The position numbers were made by a program, and so were the translations under genes. A DNA stretch of 64,000 nt, from the NCBI GenBank assembly GCA_902594255.1, contig CACJLN010000004.1, positions 13,145-77,144 of the forward strand. Direction: 5' to 3'. The stretch's first letter is position 1, and each line of letters opens with the position of its first letter. The stretch is from an uncultured Pelagibacteraceae bacterium. Lineage in GTDB: Bacteria; Pseudomonadota; Alphaproteobacteria; Pelagibacterales; Pelagibacteraceae. Shown one piece after another: positions 53,202-64,000 of the stretch. Below the pieces are notes generated by a model. That model ran no database searches. It had not been told where the DNA came from and worked only from the letters and a program-made list of their open reading frames with translations.

Positions 53202-54149
53202 TTATTTTTGATTTAGAATCTTTTTTGCAGGAATAGTCTTTTTAATCCAAGATTTTGGAATGGAATTAATACCCTTTAGTGAAGCAAAGTATGCTCCAAC
53301 AAAATTTGCCCTAGAACAATTACAACCGCCGGCCTTGATAGTTTTTAATATCGCATCTTTATAATTTTTTGAATTTATAATTGTATATATTGAACTGTTA
53401 AAGGTTCCCGGATAACTGCAAGCCATTCCTAGTTTTTTGATTGTTATTGGATCAAATTTTGATTTAAATTTTTTGATCTTTTTTATATCTTTAACAATTT
53501 CATTAAATAATAAATTATCATTGAATTTTTTTATAAATTTATTAATGGGATCTTTCGCTCCCTTTAATGCAAGATCAATTAGATAAAATTTTGCGAGTGC
53601 ATACTTTATGCTGATTTTTGAAACAGTAACAATTTTTATGGTTTTTTCTAAACTTTTTAAATCATGGCCGTAAAGAAAAAAAGGCAGCATTGCACAAAAA
53701 CCGTCTGACTCATTGACTTTCATTCCACCAGAAATTTTTTTTTTTGATTTAATATTGTTTACAGTTTCTATTATATTTTGATGTATCCACGGTCCTTTTA
53801 TTAAGCCACGCCAATCTTTAACTTTTTTATACCTCGACCTTAGTCTCAAATTTTTCCAATATTTGCTTCCAGGACCAAAATTTTTGAGGATATTCTTTCT
53901 AAAATTTTTTTCTAAATTTTCATCTCCATCAAGCAATGTTTTAAACATCACTTGGCCAACATCATTATATCCAGAGACTTTTCCAGTTTTAATACTATAA
54001 AAAGGACTTTTATTTTTTTTTAAGAAAGTAAAGTCTTTTTTGCCTTTAATATATTCAAGCAATTTTTTTTGATTATATACCCAATGCAATGGTCTTGCTG
54101 CTGCATCCGCTACTGTAGCCCCTAAGAATACATGGAGATTATTTTTCAC
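53202..54149 (-). CDS. ADP-ribosylglycohydrolase-fold protein, SelJ/J1-crystallin-like
   Basis: GATVADAAARPLHWVY, PFY...TGKVSGYND, GMACSYPG, TIKAGGCNCSR, GINSIPKSW; GTG start. Confidence 0.8.
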   Translation of the reverse strand: MKNNLHVFLGATVADAAARPLHWVYNQKKLLEYIKGKKDFTFLKKNKSPFYSIKTGKVSGYNDVGQVMFKTLLDGDENLEKNFRKNILKNFGPGSKYWKNLRLRSRYKKVKDWRGLIKGPWIHQNIIETVNNIKSKKKISGGMKVNESDGFCAMLPFFLYGHDLKSLEKTIKIVTVSKISIKYALAKFYLIDLALKGAKDPINKFIKKFNDNLLFNEIVKDIKKIKKFKSKFDPITIKKLGMACSYPGTFNSSIYTIINSKNYKDAILKTIKAGGCNCSRANFVGAYFASLKGINSIPKSWIKKTIPAKKILNQK

Positions 54150-54150
54150 T

Positions 54151-55095
54151 TTAATGAGATAAAAACTTCTCAGCCTCTAGCGCTGCCATACATCCCATGC
54201 CAGCAGCAGTAACTGCCTGCCTAAATGTTTTATCTTTTACATCTCCAGCTGCATAAACACCTGGTATATTTGTCTCCGTAGAGTCTGGTTTTGTTATTAA
54301 GTAACCTTCTTTGTCCATATTAAGTTGATCTTTAAATAGCTGGGTTGCAGGGTCATGACCAATAGCAATGAATACACCATCTAATTTTATTTCATCAATT
54401 TCATTTGTTTTTACATTTTTAACTTTGATGCCCTTAACATTTTTCGGATCTTTGTCTCCAATTACATCCTCAACGACAGTATCCCAAATAATTTCAATTT
54501 TTTTATTTTCCATAAGTTTTTTTTGGAGCATTTTTTCAGCTCTTAAACTATCTCTTCTATGAATTAATTTTACTTTTGATGCAAATTTTGTTAGAAACAT
54601 TGCTTCCTCAACAGCAGCATTACCCCCACCTACAACAGCAACTTCTTTATCTTTGAAGAAAAAACCATCACAGGTCGCGCACGCTGATACACCAAATCCT
54701 CTAAAATCTTGTTCAGATTTAATATTCAACCATCTAGCCTGTGCGCCTGTAGAGATAATTATACTATCAGCAGTATATTTTTGACCAGTGTCACCGATAG
54801 CTTCAAAAGGCGATGTTTTTAAATTTACCGAACTTATATGATCTTGAATCATTTCTGTTCCAACTGCTTTTGCTTGTTCTTTCATTTGATCCATAAGCCA
54901 CGGACCTTGAATCACATCAGCAAATCCAGGAAAATTTTCAACATCCGTTGTTGTGGTTAATTGACCTCCAGGCTCCGATCCATAAACTAAAATTGGATTT
55001 AACATTGCTCTAGCAGCATAAACTGCAGCTGTATATCCAGCAGGACCGGATCCAATTATTAACACTTTTGTGTGTTTAGTTGGATTTTGACTCAT
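54151..55095 (-). CDS. trxB: Thioredoxin reductase
   Basis: GSGPAG, GVSACATCDG, GGGNAA, HRR, AAGDV, QAVTAAG. Confidence 0.98.
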   Translation of the reverse strand: MSQNPTKHTKVLIIGSGPAGYTAAVYAARAMLNPILVYGSEPGGQLTTTTDVENFPGFADVIQGPWLMDQMKEQAKAVGTEMIQDHISSVNLKTSPFEAIGDTGQKYTADSIIISTGAQARWLNIKSEQDFRGFGVSACATCDGFFFKDKEVAVVGGGNAAVEEAMFLTKFASKVKLIHRRDSLRAEKMLQKKLMENKKIEIIWDTVVEDVIGDKDPKNVKGIKVKNVKTNEIDEIKLDGVFIAIGHDPATQLFKDQLNMDKEGYLITKPDSTETNIPGVYAAGDVKDKTFRQAVTAAGMGCMAALEAEKFLSH

Positions 55096-55116
55096 ATGAC
55101 AGCTATATAGTGATTA

Positions 55117-56067
55117 ATGACTAAATTAAAAGGTTTATTATTGACCGAGGGAATGCATGGCATGATTAGCCAAGTAGAGGGGCTTGCCAAAGCTCTTAAT
55201 CTTGAATTTATACACGAGAAAATTGAGCTAAATAGTTTTTGGAAAATGATTCCTCCAAAATTAACCCCTGTAAAAGATTTTGTTTTTAAAAATGATATTT
55301 CAAAGAAATTTAATATAGTAATTTCATGTGGAAGAAAAAGTGTAGTTCCATCAATTTTTTTAAAAAATAAATTTGGAAATAAAATAATGAATATTCATAT
55401 TCAGGATCCAAAAGTATCATTAAATAATTTTGATTATGTCGTAGCACCAGAGCATGATGGTCTTGAGGGTATAAATGTTTTAAAAAGTAAAGGTGCAATT
55501 CATTATCTTACTGAAGCAGAATTATTAGAAAATACTAATTATCTTAAACCCCGAATTAAGAAAAAAAAAGTTATAGTGTTTATTGCTGGAGGTCCTAATA
55601 AATATTACGATTTTAACAATGAAATAATTGAAAAAATTTTTATTCAAACTAAAAAAAATTTTATCAATCAGGGTTATCAATTAATTTTTATACCTTCAAT
55701 GAGAACACCAAGAAAAACAGTAGATAAAGCACAAAACTTTTTTGATGATGATCAGATTATAATTTCAGATATCGATAAAAAAGCTTATTTGTCAGCACTT
55801 AGTCTAGCTAATCATATTATTGTAACATGTGACTCTACTTCTATGATATCAGAGGCAGCTATGACAGGAAGACCTATATATGTGGCTCAAATGCCATCTA
55901 TAAAAAAAGATATACGATTTCAAAAATTTTTTGAGCTTTTTAAATCATTAGATATAATTAAAAACCTAGAGGACAAAGTAGAAGAGTGGAGTTATAAAAA
56001 ACTTAATGAAACTCATAGAATATCGGGATATATAGAGAAACAATTTAAAGATTATGACTTTTCTTAA
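55117..56067 (+). CDS. ELM1/GtrOC1 family protein (putative glycosyltransferase fold)
   Basis: GMISQVEGLA, ISCGR, HIQDP, APEHD, SMRTP, VTCDSTSMISEA. Confidence 0.9.
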   Translation: MTKLKGLLLTEGMHGMISQVEGLAKALNLEFIHEKIELNSFWKMIPPKLTPVKDFVFKNDISKKFNIVISCGRKSVVPSIFLKNKFGNKIMNIHIQDPKVSLNNFDYVVAPEHDGLEGINVLKSKGAIHYLTEAELLENTNYLKPRIKKKKVIVFIAGGPNKYYDFNNEIIEKIFIQTKKNFINQGYQLIFIPSMRTPRKTVDKAQNFFDDDQIIISDIDKKAYLSALSLANHIIVTCDSTSMISEAAMTGRPIYVAQMPSIKKDIRFQKFFELFKSLDIIKNLEDKVEEWSYKKLNETHRISGYIEKQFKDYDFS

Positions 56068-56716
56068 TTCTATATTAAAAAATTCAAAAAAGTATGAATT
56101 TCCATTCAATCACTGGGAATACAACAACGCTTTAAGTGAAGCGGCAATTAAGGAAATTGAAGGCGCAGATATTCCTGACGTAAGTAAGCATAATCTTAAT
56201 TACGATGGCACAAGAGCAATAGACGGTGGTGCTGCAGAATTTAGAGAAGGTATAGCTTCGGGTGGTATGGCAATAAAATTTAGATGTTTTGTTACAAAAG
56301 AAAATGCATCACATTTCCCAAATTTAGTAAAATTCATTAATGAACTTCAATCTAAAGAAACATACCAAACTATTTCAAAAATGATTAACAAAGATTTATC
56401 AGGTTCATATGTAAGACTTGAAGTTATATGTGATCGTGAAGGTTTTTGGTTAAAACCACATTGCGATATTAAAGAAAAATTAATGTCAGGACTTATTTTT
56501 GTGAACAATGCAAATGAGTCTGAGGATTTAGGGACTGATTTTTACAATGAAAAACTAGAAAAAGTTAAGACTGTTCCTTATAAGCATAATTACGGTTACT
56601 TATTTACAAGCGGCCCAAACACATGGCACGGTATGGAAAAGAAAAAAATTATTAAAGAAAGAAGATGTATTCAAGTTAATTATGTCACATTTAAAACTGA
56701 TTGGAAAGTTGACTAA
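56054..56716 (+). CDS. 2-oxoglutarate/Fe(II) dioxygenase-like protein
   Basis: HxD (PHCD), GTDFY, distal His (TWHG), Arg (RRCIQVNY). Confidence 0.8.
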   Translation: MTFLNSILKNSKKYEFPFNHWEYNNALSEAAIKEIEGADIPDVSKHNLNYDGTRAIDGGAAEFREGIASGGMAIKFRCFVTKENASHFPNLVKFINELQSKETYQTISKMINKDLSGSYVRLEVICDREGFWLKPHCDIKEKLMSGLIFVNNANESEDLGTDFYNEKLEKVKTVPYKHNYGYLFTSGPNTWHGMEKKKIIKERRCIQVNYVTFKTDWKVD

Positions 56717-59700
56717 AAATTTTGCAGCGATGTAACTTCTAATTTTTTTGTTTTAAGGGATTTGATACCCTCAATACATGCTAGAGCAGTTGACATATTT
56801 GTGCAGTAAGGCACTTTATTTTTAAGTGTCGCTCTTCTTAAAGCAATGGCATCATTTAATCTGTGCTCTGTATTGCCACCACCAGTATTAATAACTAAGG
56901 CTATTTTTTTTGAGTCTAGAACATCAACTATATGAGGTGATCCGCTACTTACTTTATTTATAATTTTACACTTCATGCCATGTTTTTGGATATATTCCGC
57001 AGTTCCTTTTGTTGCACATAAAGTAAATTCTAGTTTAATAAGCTCTTTTGCAAGTCCAATACCTTCATCTTTATGAGAATTTTTTAATGCTAAAAAAGCT
57101 AGTCCTTTAGTAGGCAATGAATTAGAGGATGCTATTTGGCTTTTTGCATAAGCCATTCCAAAATTTTTGTCAAATCCCATTACTTCTCCGGTTGATTTCA
57201 TTTCTGGACCTAATAATAGGTCACTGTTAGGAAATTTATTAAATGGAAAAACTGCCTCCTTTACTGCAAACATACCTTTAGATTTATCTTTCAAATTAAA
57301 TTTTGAGAGTTTCTCACCAGCCATAACTCTCGAGGCTATTTTTGCTAACGGCAGCCCTTTTGCTTTTGATACGAAAGGAACTGTTCGGCTTGCTCTTGGG
57401 TTTACTTCAATTACAAAAATTTCATCTTTTTTAATTGCAAATTGAACATTCATGAAACCTTTCACTTTTAGAGCTAGAGCTAAATTTTTTGTTTGTCTCT
57501 CTATTTCTTTGATTAAAAAGGGCTTGATGGAAACAGGAGGCAGGCTACACGCAGAGTCACCAGAATGAATTCCCGCTTCCTCGATATGCTGCATGATCCC
57601 AGCAACATGTACTTGATTACCATCGGATATAGCATCCACATCAACTTCCATTGCATGATCTATGAATTTATCGATAAGAATTGGATTTTTTTCAGCAGCT
57701 TTAAAAGCCTCTTCCACAAAATTTTTCAACTGACTTTTCTCATAAACTATTTCCATTGCTCTTCCTCCAAGAACATAAGAGGGTCTTACCATTAAAGGTA
57801 ATCCTATTTTCTCAGATATCTCAATTGCTTGTTTAAAAGTTTTAGCAATTCCGCTTTTAGCCTGATTTAAATTTAATTTTTCTAATAGTTTTCTGAATCT
57901 GTCTCTATCCTCTGCTAGATCAATAGATGAGTACTGAGTTCCTAAAATAGGAAGATTATTATCATATAAAAATTTGGCTAATTTGATTGGAGTTTGACCA
58001 CCAAACTGAGTTATGATGCCAACTAAATTACCTTTATCTTTTTCCCTGTTAATAATATTAAAAACATATTCCTCTTTTAAAGGTTCAAAATATAATCTAT
58101 CACTAGTGTCATAATCTGTTGAGACTGTCTCAGGATTACAGTTTATCATAACAGTCTCAAAACCCACTGATTTTAGTGCGAAACTAGCCTGACAACAGCA
58201 GTAATCAAATTCTATTCCTTGTCCTATTCTGTTAGGCCCTCCTCCTAAAATAATAATTTTTTTTTTAGCAGACGGATCAGCTTCACACTCTGAATTTATT
58301 GAGAAATTTCTCTGATATGTTGAGTACATATATGGTGTAAAAGATTTAAATTCTGCTGCACAAGTATCAACTTTTTTGAATACTGGCAGAATTTTAAGTG
58401 CAGTTCTTTTTTTTCTTACGATATCTTCAGATAAATTTGAAAGCTCAGAAAGTTTTTTATCTGAAAAACCCATTGATTTAATTTGATTAAAATCGTTAAA
58501 ATTTTTAGGTAATCCATTATTCTTAATCTTAATTTCATTATCTATTATCTCTTTAATTTGGTTTAAGAACCACGGATCAATTTTTGATAAATTATAGATT
58601 TTTTTTAGTTTTATTTTTTTTCTTATTGCTTCAGCAACAAGCATGATTTTATTAGGAATATTATCTTTAAGTTTTTTCTCAATTTGTTTTTTATTTAAAT
58701 TAAATATTCTGTCTAATCCTGAGAAACCAGTTTCAAGAGAGACCAATGCTTTTTGAAGAGACTCTTTAAAATTTCTTCCAATAGCCATTGCCTCCCCAAC
58801 AGATTTCATTGATGTTCCAAGAACTGCAGGAGAAGTTGAAAATTTTTCAAAAGTAAATCTTGGAATTTTTGTCACAACATAATCTATAGTTGGCTCAAAT
58901 GATGCTGGAGTAACTTTAGTAATTTCATTTTTTAATTCATCTAACGTATAACCAACAGCAAGTTTTGCGGCAATTTTTGCAATAGGAAACCCAGTTGCTT
59001 TTGATGCAAGAGCAGATGATCTTGATACCCGGGGATTCATTTCAATTATAACCATTCGTCCATTTTTAGGATTAATTGCAAATTGAACATTTGAACCACC
59101 TGTTTCAACTCCAATTTTTCTTAAACACGCAATAGAGGCATTTCGCATTACTTGATACTCCTTATCAGTCAACGTGAGCGCAGGAGCAACTGTCACCGAG
59201 TCTCCGGTATGTATTCCCATTGGATCCACATTTTCTATTGAACAGATAATTATACAATTATCCTTTTTATCCCTTACAACTTCCATTTCAAATTCTTTCC
59301 AGCCCTCTAAACATTCCTCTACAAGAACTTGGCTCACTGGAGACTCATGCAAACCGTTTTTGACAATTTTAAAGTAGTCCTTTTTATTTTTTACTATTCC
59401 TCCTCCAAGACCCCCCAGTGTAAAAGCTGGCCTAATTATTGTGGGTAAACCTATTTTCTTTAAAACTTTTGACGCTTGTTTTATATTGTTTACGATTTCA
59501 GATTTAGGAAGATCTAAACCAATATCAATCATATTTTTCCTAAACCTCTTTCTATCTTCTGCATTTGCAATAGCACTTGAATTTGCACCAATTAATTCAA
59601 TTTTATATTTTTTTAAAATTCCTTTTTTCTCAGCCTCCATCGCAAGGTTAAGAGCAGTTTGACCACCCATTGTTGGAAGAATTGCATTTGGTTTTTCTTT

Positions 59701-59937
59701 TTTTAGAATTTTTTCTAAAACTTCTAGAGTAATAGGCTCAATATAGGTTTTATCAGCGACATCTGGATCTGTCATAATTGTTGCTGGATTTGAGTTAATT
59801 AAAACAACTTTATAACCTTCATCTTTTAAAGCTTTACAAGCCTGGGTGCCAGAATAATCAAATTCGCAGGCTTGACCAATAATTATTGGTCCAGCACCTA
59901 CAACTAATATTTTTTTAAGATCTTTTCTTTTTGGCAT
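56713..59937 (-). CDS. carB: Carbamoyl-phosphate synthase large subunit
   Basis: [14 protein letters not shown], two ATP-grasp repeats, [13 protein letters not shown] domain. Confidence 0.99.
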   Translation of the reverse strand: MPKRKDLKKILVVGAGPIIIGQACEFDYSGTQACKALKDEGYKVVLINSNPATIMTDPDVADKTYIEPITLEVLEKILKKEKPNAILPTMGGQTALNLAMEAEKKGILKKYKIELIGANSSAIANAEDRKRFRKNMIDIGLDLPKSEIVNNIKQASKVLKKIGLPTIIRPAFTLGGLGGGIVKNKKDYFKIVKNGLHESPVSQVLVEECLEGWKEFEMEVVRDKKDNCIIICSIENVDPMGIHTGDSVTVAPALTLTDKEYQVMRNASIACLRKIGVETGGSNVQFAINPKNGRMVIIEMNPRVSRSSALASKATGFPIAKIAAKLAVGYTLDELKNEITKVTPASFEPTIDYVVTKIPRFTFEKFSTSPAVLGTSMKSVGEAMAIGRNFKESLQKALVSLETGFSGLDRIFNLNKKQIEKKLKDNIPNKIMLVAEAIRKKIKLKKIYNLSKIDPWFLNQIKEIIDNEIKIKNNGLPKNFNDFNQIKSMGFSDKKLSELSNLSEDIVRKKRTALKILPVFKKVDTCAAEFKSFTPYMYSTYQRNFSINSECEADPSAKKKIIILGGGPNRIGQGIEFDYCCCQASFALKSVGFETVMINCNPETVSTDYDTSDRLYFEPLKEEYVFNIINREKDKGNLVGIITQFGGQTPIKLAKFLYDNNLPILGTQYSSIDLAEDRDRFRKLLEKLNLNQAKSGIAKTFKQAIEISEKIGLPLMVRPSYVLGGRAMEIVYEKSQLKNFVEEAFKAAEKNPILIDKFIDHAMEVDVDAISDGNQVHVAGIMQHIEEAGIHSGDSACSLPPVSIKPFLIKEIERQTKNLALALKVKGFMNVQFAIKKDEIFVIEVNPRASRTVPFVSKAKGLPLAKIASRVMAGEKLSKFNLKDKSKGMFAVKEAVFPFNKFPNSDLLLGPEMKSTGEVMGFDKNFGMAYAKSQIASSNSLPTKGLAFLALKNSHKDEGIGLAKELIKLEFTLCATKGTAEYIQKHGMKCKIINKVSSGSPHIVDVLDSKKIALVINTGGGNTEHRLNDAIALRRATLKNKVPYCTNMSTALACIEGIKSLKTKKLEVTSLQNF

Positions 59938-61108
59938 TATTTCTCATGCTGTTAATAAATTCTTGAAATAAATAAACGCTATCTTGTGGTCCTGGGTTTG
60001 ACTCAGGATGATACTGAACTGAGAACACAGGTTTATTCTTTAATCTTATTCCCTCTATACTGTTATCGAACAAAGACTTATGTGTAATCTTAATATTTTT
60101 TGGTAAATTTTCTCTAACAACTTCAAAGCCATGATTTTGACTAGTAATTTCTACATTATCATTAATTAAATTTTTAACAGGATGATTTGCTCCTCTGTGT
60201 CCTAATTTCATTTTTTTTGTTCTGCCCCCTAATGATAGTGCAAGTATTTGATGACCTAAACAAATACCAAACAATGGCATTTTCTTTTCAATAAGATTTT
60301 GAATTATTTTAATAGCATATTTTCCTGTTGCTGCAGGATCGCCTGGCCCATTAGATAAAAAGACACCATTTGGTTTAAGAGCCAAAATTCTTTCTGCAGA
60401 TGTTTTACAAGGAACTACAGTAACTTTACAATTAAAATCAGAAAAATATCTTAAAATATTTTTTTTAATTCCATAATCTATTGCAACTACATGAAATGAA
60501 TTTCTATTATTTTTTCTATAACCGTGTTCTTTTTTCCAAGTTTTAAGTCCTTTCCAAATATAATCTTTTTGTGTAGTGACTTTTTCTGCAAGATCTAAAT
60601 TTTTTAATCCACTCCATTTTATTGTAGAGTTAGTAAGTTTATTAATGTTAAATTTGCCTTTTTTTGAGTAAGCAATGGTTCCTTTTGGAGCACCTTTATC
60701 TCTGATGAAATTTGTTAAACTTCTTGTGTCAAGTCCAGTAATTCCAACTATCTTATTCTTTTTTAACCAAGCATCTAAGTGTTGAAATGACCTATAGTTT
60801 GATGGTGAGGTTATTTCAGAATTAAAAATTACTCCTTTTGTCCATATTTTATCAGCCTCAAAATCTTCTTTGTTGGTTCCCACATTTCCAATATGAGGAA
60901 AGGTGAAGTTGATTATTTGCCCTGCATACGAAGGATCAGATATTATCTCCTGGTATCCTGTTAATGAAGTATTAAAGCAAACTTCTCCAGTTGCTTCTCC
61001 TTGGTATCCAATACCAATTCCCTTAAATATCCTTTTATTTTCAAGAACTAAAATTCCTGTATAATTTTGTGGATTTTTTGAGTGAGTTTTTTTTACTTTT
61101 TTGATCAA
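59915..61108 (-). CDS. carA: Carbamoyl-phosphate synthase small subunit
   Basis: TGYQE, SNGPGDP, GICLGHQ, QYHPE; exact start uncertain. Confidence 0.98.
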   Translation of the reverse strand: MIKKVKKTHSKNPQNYTGILVLENKRIFKGIGIGYQGEATGEVCFNTSLTGYQEIISDPSYAGQIINFTFPHIGNVGTNKEDFEADKIWTKGVIFNSEITSPSNYRSFQHLDAWLKKNKIVGITGLDTRSLTNFIRDKGAPKGTIAYSKKGKFNINKLTNSTIKWSGLKNLDLAEKVTTQKDYIWKGLKTWKKEHGYRKNNRNSFHVVAIDYGIKKNILRYFSDFNCKVTVVPCKTSAERILALKPNGVFLSNGPGDPAATGKYAIKIIQNLIEKKMPLFGICLGHQILALSLGGRTKKMKLGHRGANHPVKNLINDNVEITSQNHGFEVVRENLPKNIKITHKSLFDNSIEGIRLKNKPVFSVQYHPESNPGPQDSVYLFQEFINSMRNNAKKKRS

Positions 61109-61233
61109 TTACAACTCATAAGTTAAAGGTCTATACAATAATTGATTTATTATCGCAACAGAGATGTATTATAAAATTGTAAAAAAACAATTTTTCTTTT
61201 GAAGAATTTTATCTTTAAAGTAGATTTAAAATT

Positions 61234-61695
61234 ATGTCATTAAAAGTAACGATAGAAACGGAATATAAAAATGCGCTTAAATCTAAAGATAAGAATAAAA
61301 TATCAACTTATAGGTTAATTTTATCATCAATCAAAGATCTTGATATAATAAATCGATCTGGTCCTAACAAAAAGGAGACAGATGACGAGGACATAAAAAA
61401 ATTATTAAAAAAAATGTTGAAACAAAGAGCCGAATCAATCGATATTTATAAAAAAAATAATAGATCCGATCTATTAGAAATTGAGCAAAATGAATTTAAT
61501 ATTCTATCAAGTTTTCTTCCAAAACAACTTAATGAGGATGAGACTAAAAAAATATGTGAGAAAATTATTTCTAAATTGGGTGCAAACTCGATCAAAGATA
61601 TGGGAAAGGTAATGGGAGAACTAAAAAAACAACATGCTGATGAAATTGATTTTTCAAAAGCCGGAACTTTATTAAAAGAATTATTAAATAAATAA
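61234..61695 (+). CDS. GatB/YqeY domain protein
   Basis: KQRAESI..Y, FLPKQL, IKDMGKVMG. Confidence 0.93.
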   Translation: MSLKVTIETEYKNALKSKDKNKISTYRLILSSIKDLDIINRSGPNKKETDDEDIKKLLKKMLKQRAESIDIYKKNNRSDLLEIEQNEFNILSSFLPKQLNEDETKKICEKIISKLGANSIKDMGKVMGELKKQHADEIDFSKAGTLLKELLNK

Positions 61696-63470
61696 TGAAA
61701 TACCCTAAAGAATATTTAGATGAAATTAAGACACGTCTTAAAGTTTCAAGTGTTGTTTCAAAAGTAGTAGTTTTAAAAAAAAGGGGAAAAGAATATGTTG
61801 GATTGTCTCCTTTTAAAAACGAAAAAACGCCATCATTCACAGTGAATGATGAGAAAGAATTTTATCATTGTTTTGCTACGTCAGAACACGGGAATATTTT
61901 TGATTTTGTAATGAAAACTCAAAATTTTAAATTTGGAGAGGCTGTAAAATATCTTGCTAATATTGCTGGAATGCAACCATATCTATTTACCAAACAAGAT
62001 GAAGAAAGAGAAAAAAAATGGAAAGAGTATTTATTAATTTATCGTAAGTATGTTGATTTTTACAACAATGAGCTATTGAAAAATGAAAAATACTCAAACG
62101 CCAGAGAATATCTTAAAAATAGATCATTAGGCAAAAGTGAAGTTAAAAAATTTAAAATTGGTTTTATTGAAAAAAATCCAGGTTTTTTTGAAAAACTAAA
62201 ACAAGAATTTAGTGAAAAAATATTATTAGAAAGTGGTCTATTTTACTTTGATGAAAAGAAAAATACATATGTTGAAAGATTTAGAGGAAGATTAATATTT
62301 CCAATAAATAATATTTCTGGTCAACCAATTGCTTTAGGCGGAAGAATAATTGAAAGTTTGGATTATTTGGCAAAATATATTAATTCACCTGAGACAACCT
62401 TTTTTAAAAAGGGTTCTAATCTTTATAATTTAGATTTAGCTAGAAAATTATCTAATAAGTTAGATCATATTTTTTTAGTAGAGGGTTATATGGATGTAAT
62501 CGGACTAAGTAAAAATGGAATTGAAAATGTTGTTGCAAATCTTGGTACTTCTCTAACTGATAAACAAATTTTAACGCTAAATCAGTTTTTTGATGATATA
62601 ATAATTTGTTTTGATGGCGATGAAAGTGGATATAAAGCTGCTTTGCGTGCTGCAGAAAACTCTATTAGAGAATTAAAACCTGAAAAACAAATATCTTTTT
62701 TATTTTTACCTAATAAAGAAGATCCAGATAGCTTTGTTAATAAAAATGGCAAAAATTATTTCTTAGAATTTTCTAAAAAAAGTAAATTATCTATTCATCA
62801 ATTTATTTTTAGTCATTATAAAAAGCAAACTGGAAATGATCCCTCTTCATTAGCGTTGTTTGAGAAAAAACTTAGATTTCTAGCAAATACGATTAAGGAT
62901 AGTTTTATTAAAAAATATGTTCTTGAATATTTTTTAGAGGAAATCGCTGAATTAACACCTCACTTAAATTTAAATAAAAAAAAGTTTTATACTAAAAAAA
63001 CAAAATCTTTAGAAACCACTAAAAAACATTTTAATGAGAGCCGATCATTGACAGGCGTTGAGCTTAAGGAATTTTCTTTATTGTATTTAATAATGAATAA
63101 TCTTGATTTATTACAATCAAATATTTTTTTAATCGAAAATATTAAATTATTTACTGATATAAATAAAAAGATTTTAGCAGCAATTATTTTAAGATTAAAA
63201 TCTGATAAAAAAATATCTATATATGACTTAGGTTTAGACCAACAATTATTGGATAAAATTAATAAATTTGCCCCAATCAAATATATTTTAAAAACTAAGT
63301 CTAAAAATAATCATCAAATATTAGAATTCTTAGAGGATATTAAAAGGGATCTTATGAATTATGATTTGGAGTTTAGGATTCAGGAATTAGAATCGAAGTT
63401 TTCTGAGGATATGAGTGAAGCAACATTTAATGAGCTAAAAGAGCTTAAAAAAGAGAAAAATATCAATTAA
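61695..63470 (+). CDS. dnaG: DNA primase
   Basis: EKTPSF, RFRGRLIFPI, AKYINSPET, VEGYMDV, FDGD, EDPD. Confidence 0.97.
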   Translation: MKYPKEYLDEIKTRLKVSSVVSKVVVLKKRGKEYVGLSPFKNEKTPSFTVNDEKEFYHCFATSEHGNIFDFVMKTQNFKFGEAVKYLANIAGMQPYLFTKQDEEREKKWKEYLLIYRKYVDFYNNELLKNEKYSNAREYLKNRSLGKSEVKKFKIGFIEKNPGFFEKLKQEFSEKILLESGLFYFDEKKNTYVERFRGRLIFPINNISGQPIALGGRIIESLDYLAKYINSPETTFFKKGSNLYNLDLARKLSNKLDHIFLVEGYMDVIGLSKNGIENVVANLGTSLTDKQILTLNQFFDDIIICFDGDESGYKAALRAAENSIRELKPEKQISFLFLPNKEDPDSFVNKNGKNYFLEFSKKSKLSIHQFIFSHYKKQTGNDPSSLALFEKKLRFLANTIKDSFIKKYVLEYFLEEIAELTPHLNLNKKKFYTKKTKSLETTKKHFNESRSLTGVELKEFSLLYLIMNNLDLLQSNIFLIENIKLFTDINKKILAAIILRLKSDKKISIYDLGLDQQLLDKINKFAPIKYILKTKSKNNHQILEFLEDIKRDLMNYDLEFRIQELESKFSEDMSEATFNELKELKKEKNIN

Positions 63471-63537
63471 TTTTATAAATTTATTAATGGATTTTTTTAT
63501 ATTTGACATTATATAAGACTTCCAAACTTTATTTACT

Positions 63538-64000
63538 GTGGAAAGAATAATTACAAAATCATTTGCAAGATTAATGGGGCGTGGAACCCACAGAGGATTT
63601 ATCACTTACGAGGAATTAAGTAAATCACTCGGTAAAAGAAATTTGTCAGATGAAAATTTAGCTCAAGCATTTATTCATATTCTAGATGAGAAGATAACTT
63701 TAGTAGAAAAAAAATCTGATTTTAAAGCATTAAGAAAAAAAGAGAATTCAACAAAAGAGGAAGGCAAAACCATCGATAAAAGTGACGACCCTATTAGAAT
63801 GTATTTGCGAGAGATGGGTGGTGTGGAATTATTGTCTAGGGAAGGTGAAATTGCAATTGCAAAAAGAATTGAAGCTGGGAAAGATATAATGTTAATAGCT
63901 TTATCGCAAAGCCCTATAACAGCTCAACAATTTTTTGAATGGAATGACAAATTACAAAAAGATGAAATTTTAGTAAGAGAAATTATTGATATTGATACTA
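63538..64000 (+). CDS. rpoD: RNA polymerase sigma-70, 3'-truncated by window edge; absent from ORF track
   Basis: GTG start MERIITKSFARLMGRGTHRGFITYEEL..., region 1.2 DDPIRMYLREMGGVELLSREGEIAIAKRIEAG; follows dnaG. Confidence 0.97.
   Translation, partial: MERIITKSFARLMGRGTHRGFITYEELSKSLGKRNLSDENLAQAFIHILDEKITLVEKKSDFKALRKKENSTKEEGKTIDKSDDPIRMYLREMGGVELLSREGEIAIAKRIEAGKDIMLIALSQSPITAQQFFEWNDKLQKDEILVREIIDIDT

Noticed and set aside
63503-63531. TTGACA upstream of rpoD as a -35 element
   Set aside because: No acceptable -10 at 16-18 bp spacing

Overview
AT-rich (about 30% GC by eye), extremely gene-dense core chromosome of a streamlined marine alphaproteobacterium, most likely SAR11/Pelagibacterales (inferred from gene content, synteny, near-absent intergenic DNA and a crtI-crtB-crtY-blh retinal cluster fused to ispH). 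It holds about 66 protein genes and one tRNA-Gln(TTG): the aa3 cytochrome c oxidase operon (with a 41-aa ORF missed by the ORF track), F0 ATP synthase, cytochrome bc1, retinal synthesis, DNA metabolism (smc, dciA, mutY, ccrM, rnhA/B, UDG-like, uvrB/C, dnaG), carAB and the 5' end of rpoD. I see no mobile element, CRISPR array, rRNA or prophage. The notable signals are deviations inside housekeeping genes and their packing: (1) a 798-aa SMC with intact ATPase motifs but no visible hinge; (2) a SelJ/J1-crystallin-like ADP-ribosylglycohydrolase-fold protein with Cys replacing the Mg-binding Asp residues, 1 nt downstream of trxB; (3) tRNA-Gln ending 3 nt before the start codon of the CCA-adding enzyme; (4) a UDG-family protein lacking its catalytic Asn/His and Fe-S ligands; (5) a net-basic sigma70 region 1.1; (6) a ccrM promoter with two GANTC sites and an NrdR-box-like palindrome; (7) divergent genes whose start codons abut with zero gap. 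All family calls come from motif recognition by eye; no searches were run, and I cannot establish that any of these is unreported.
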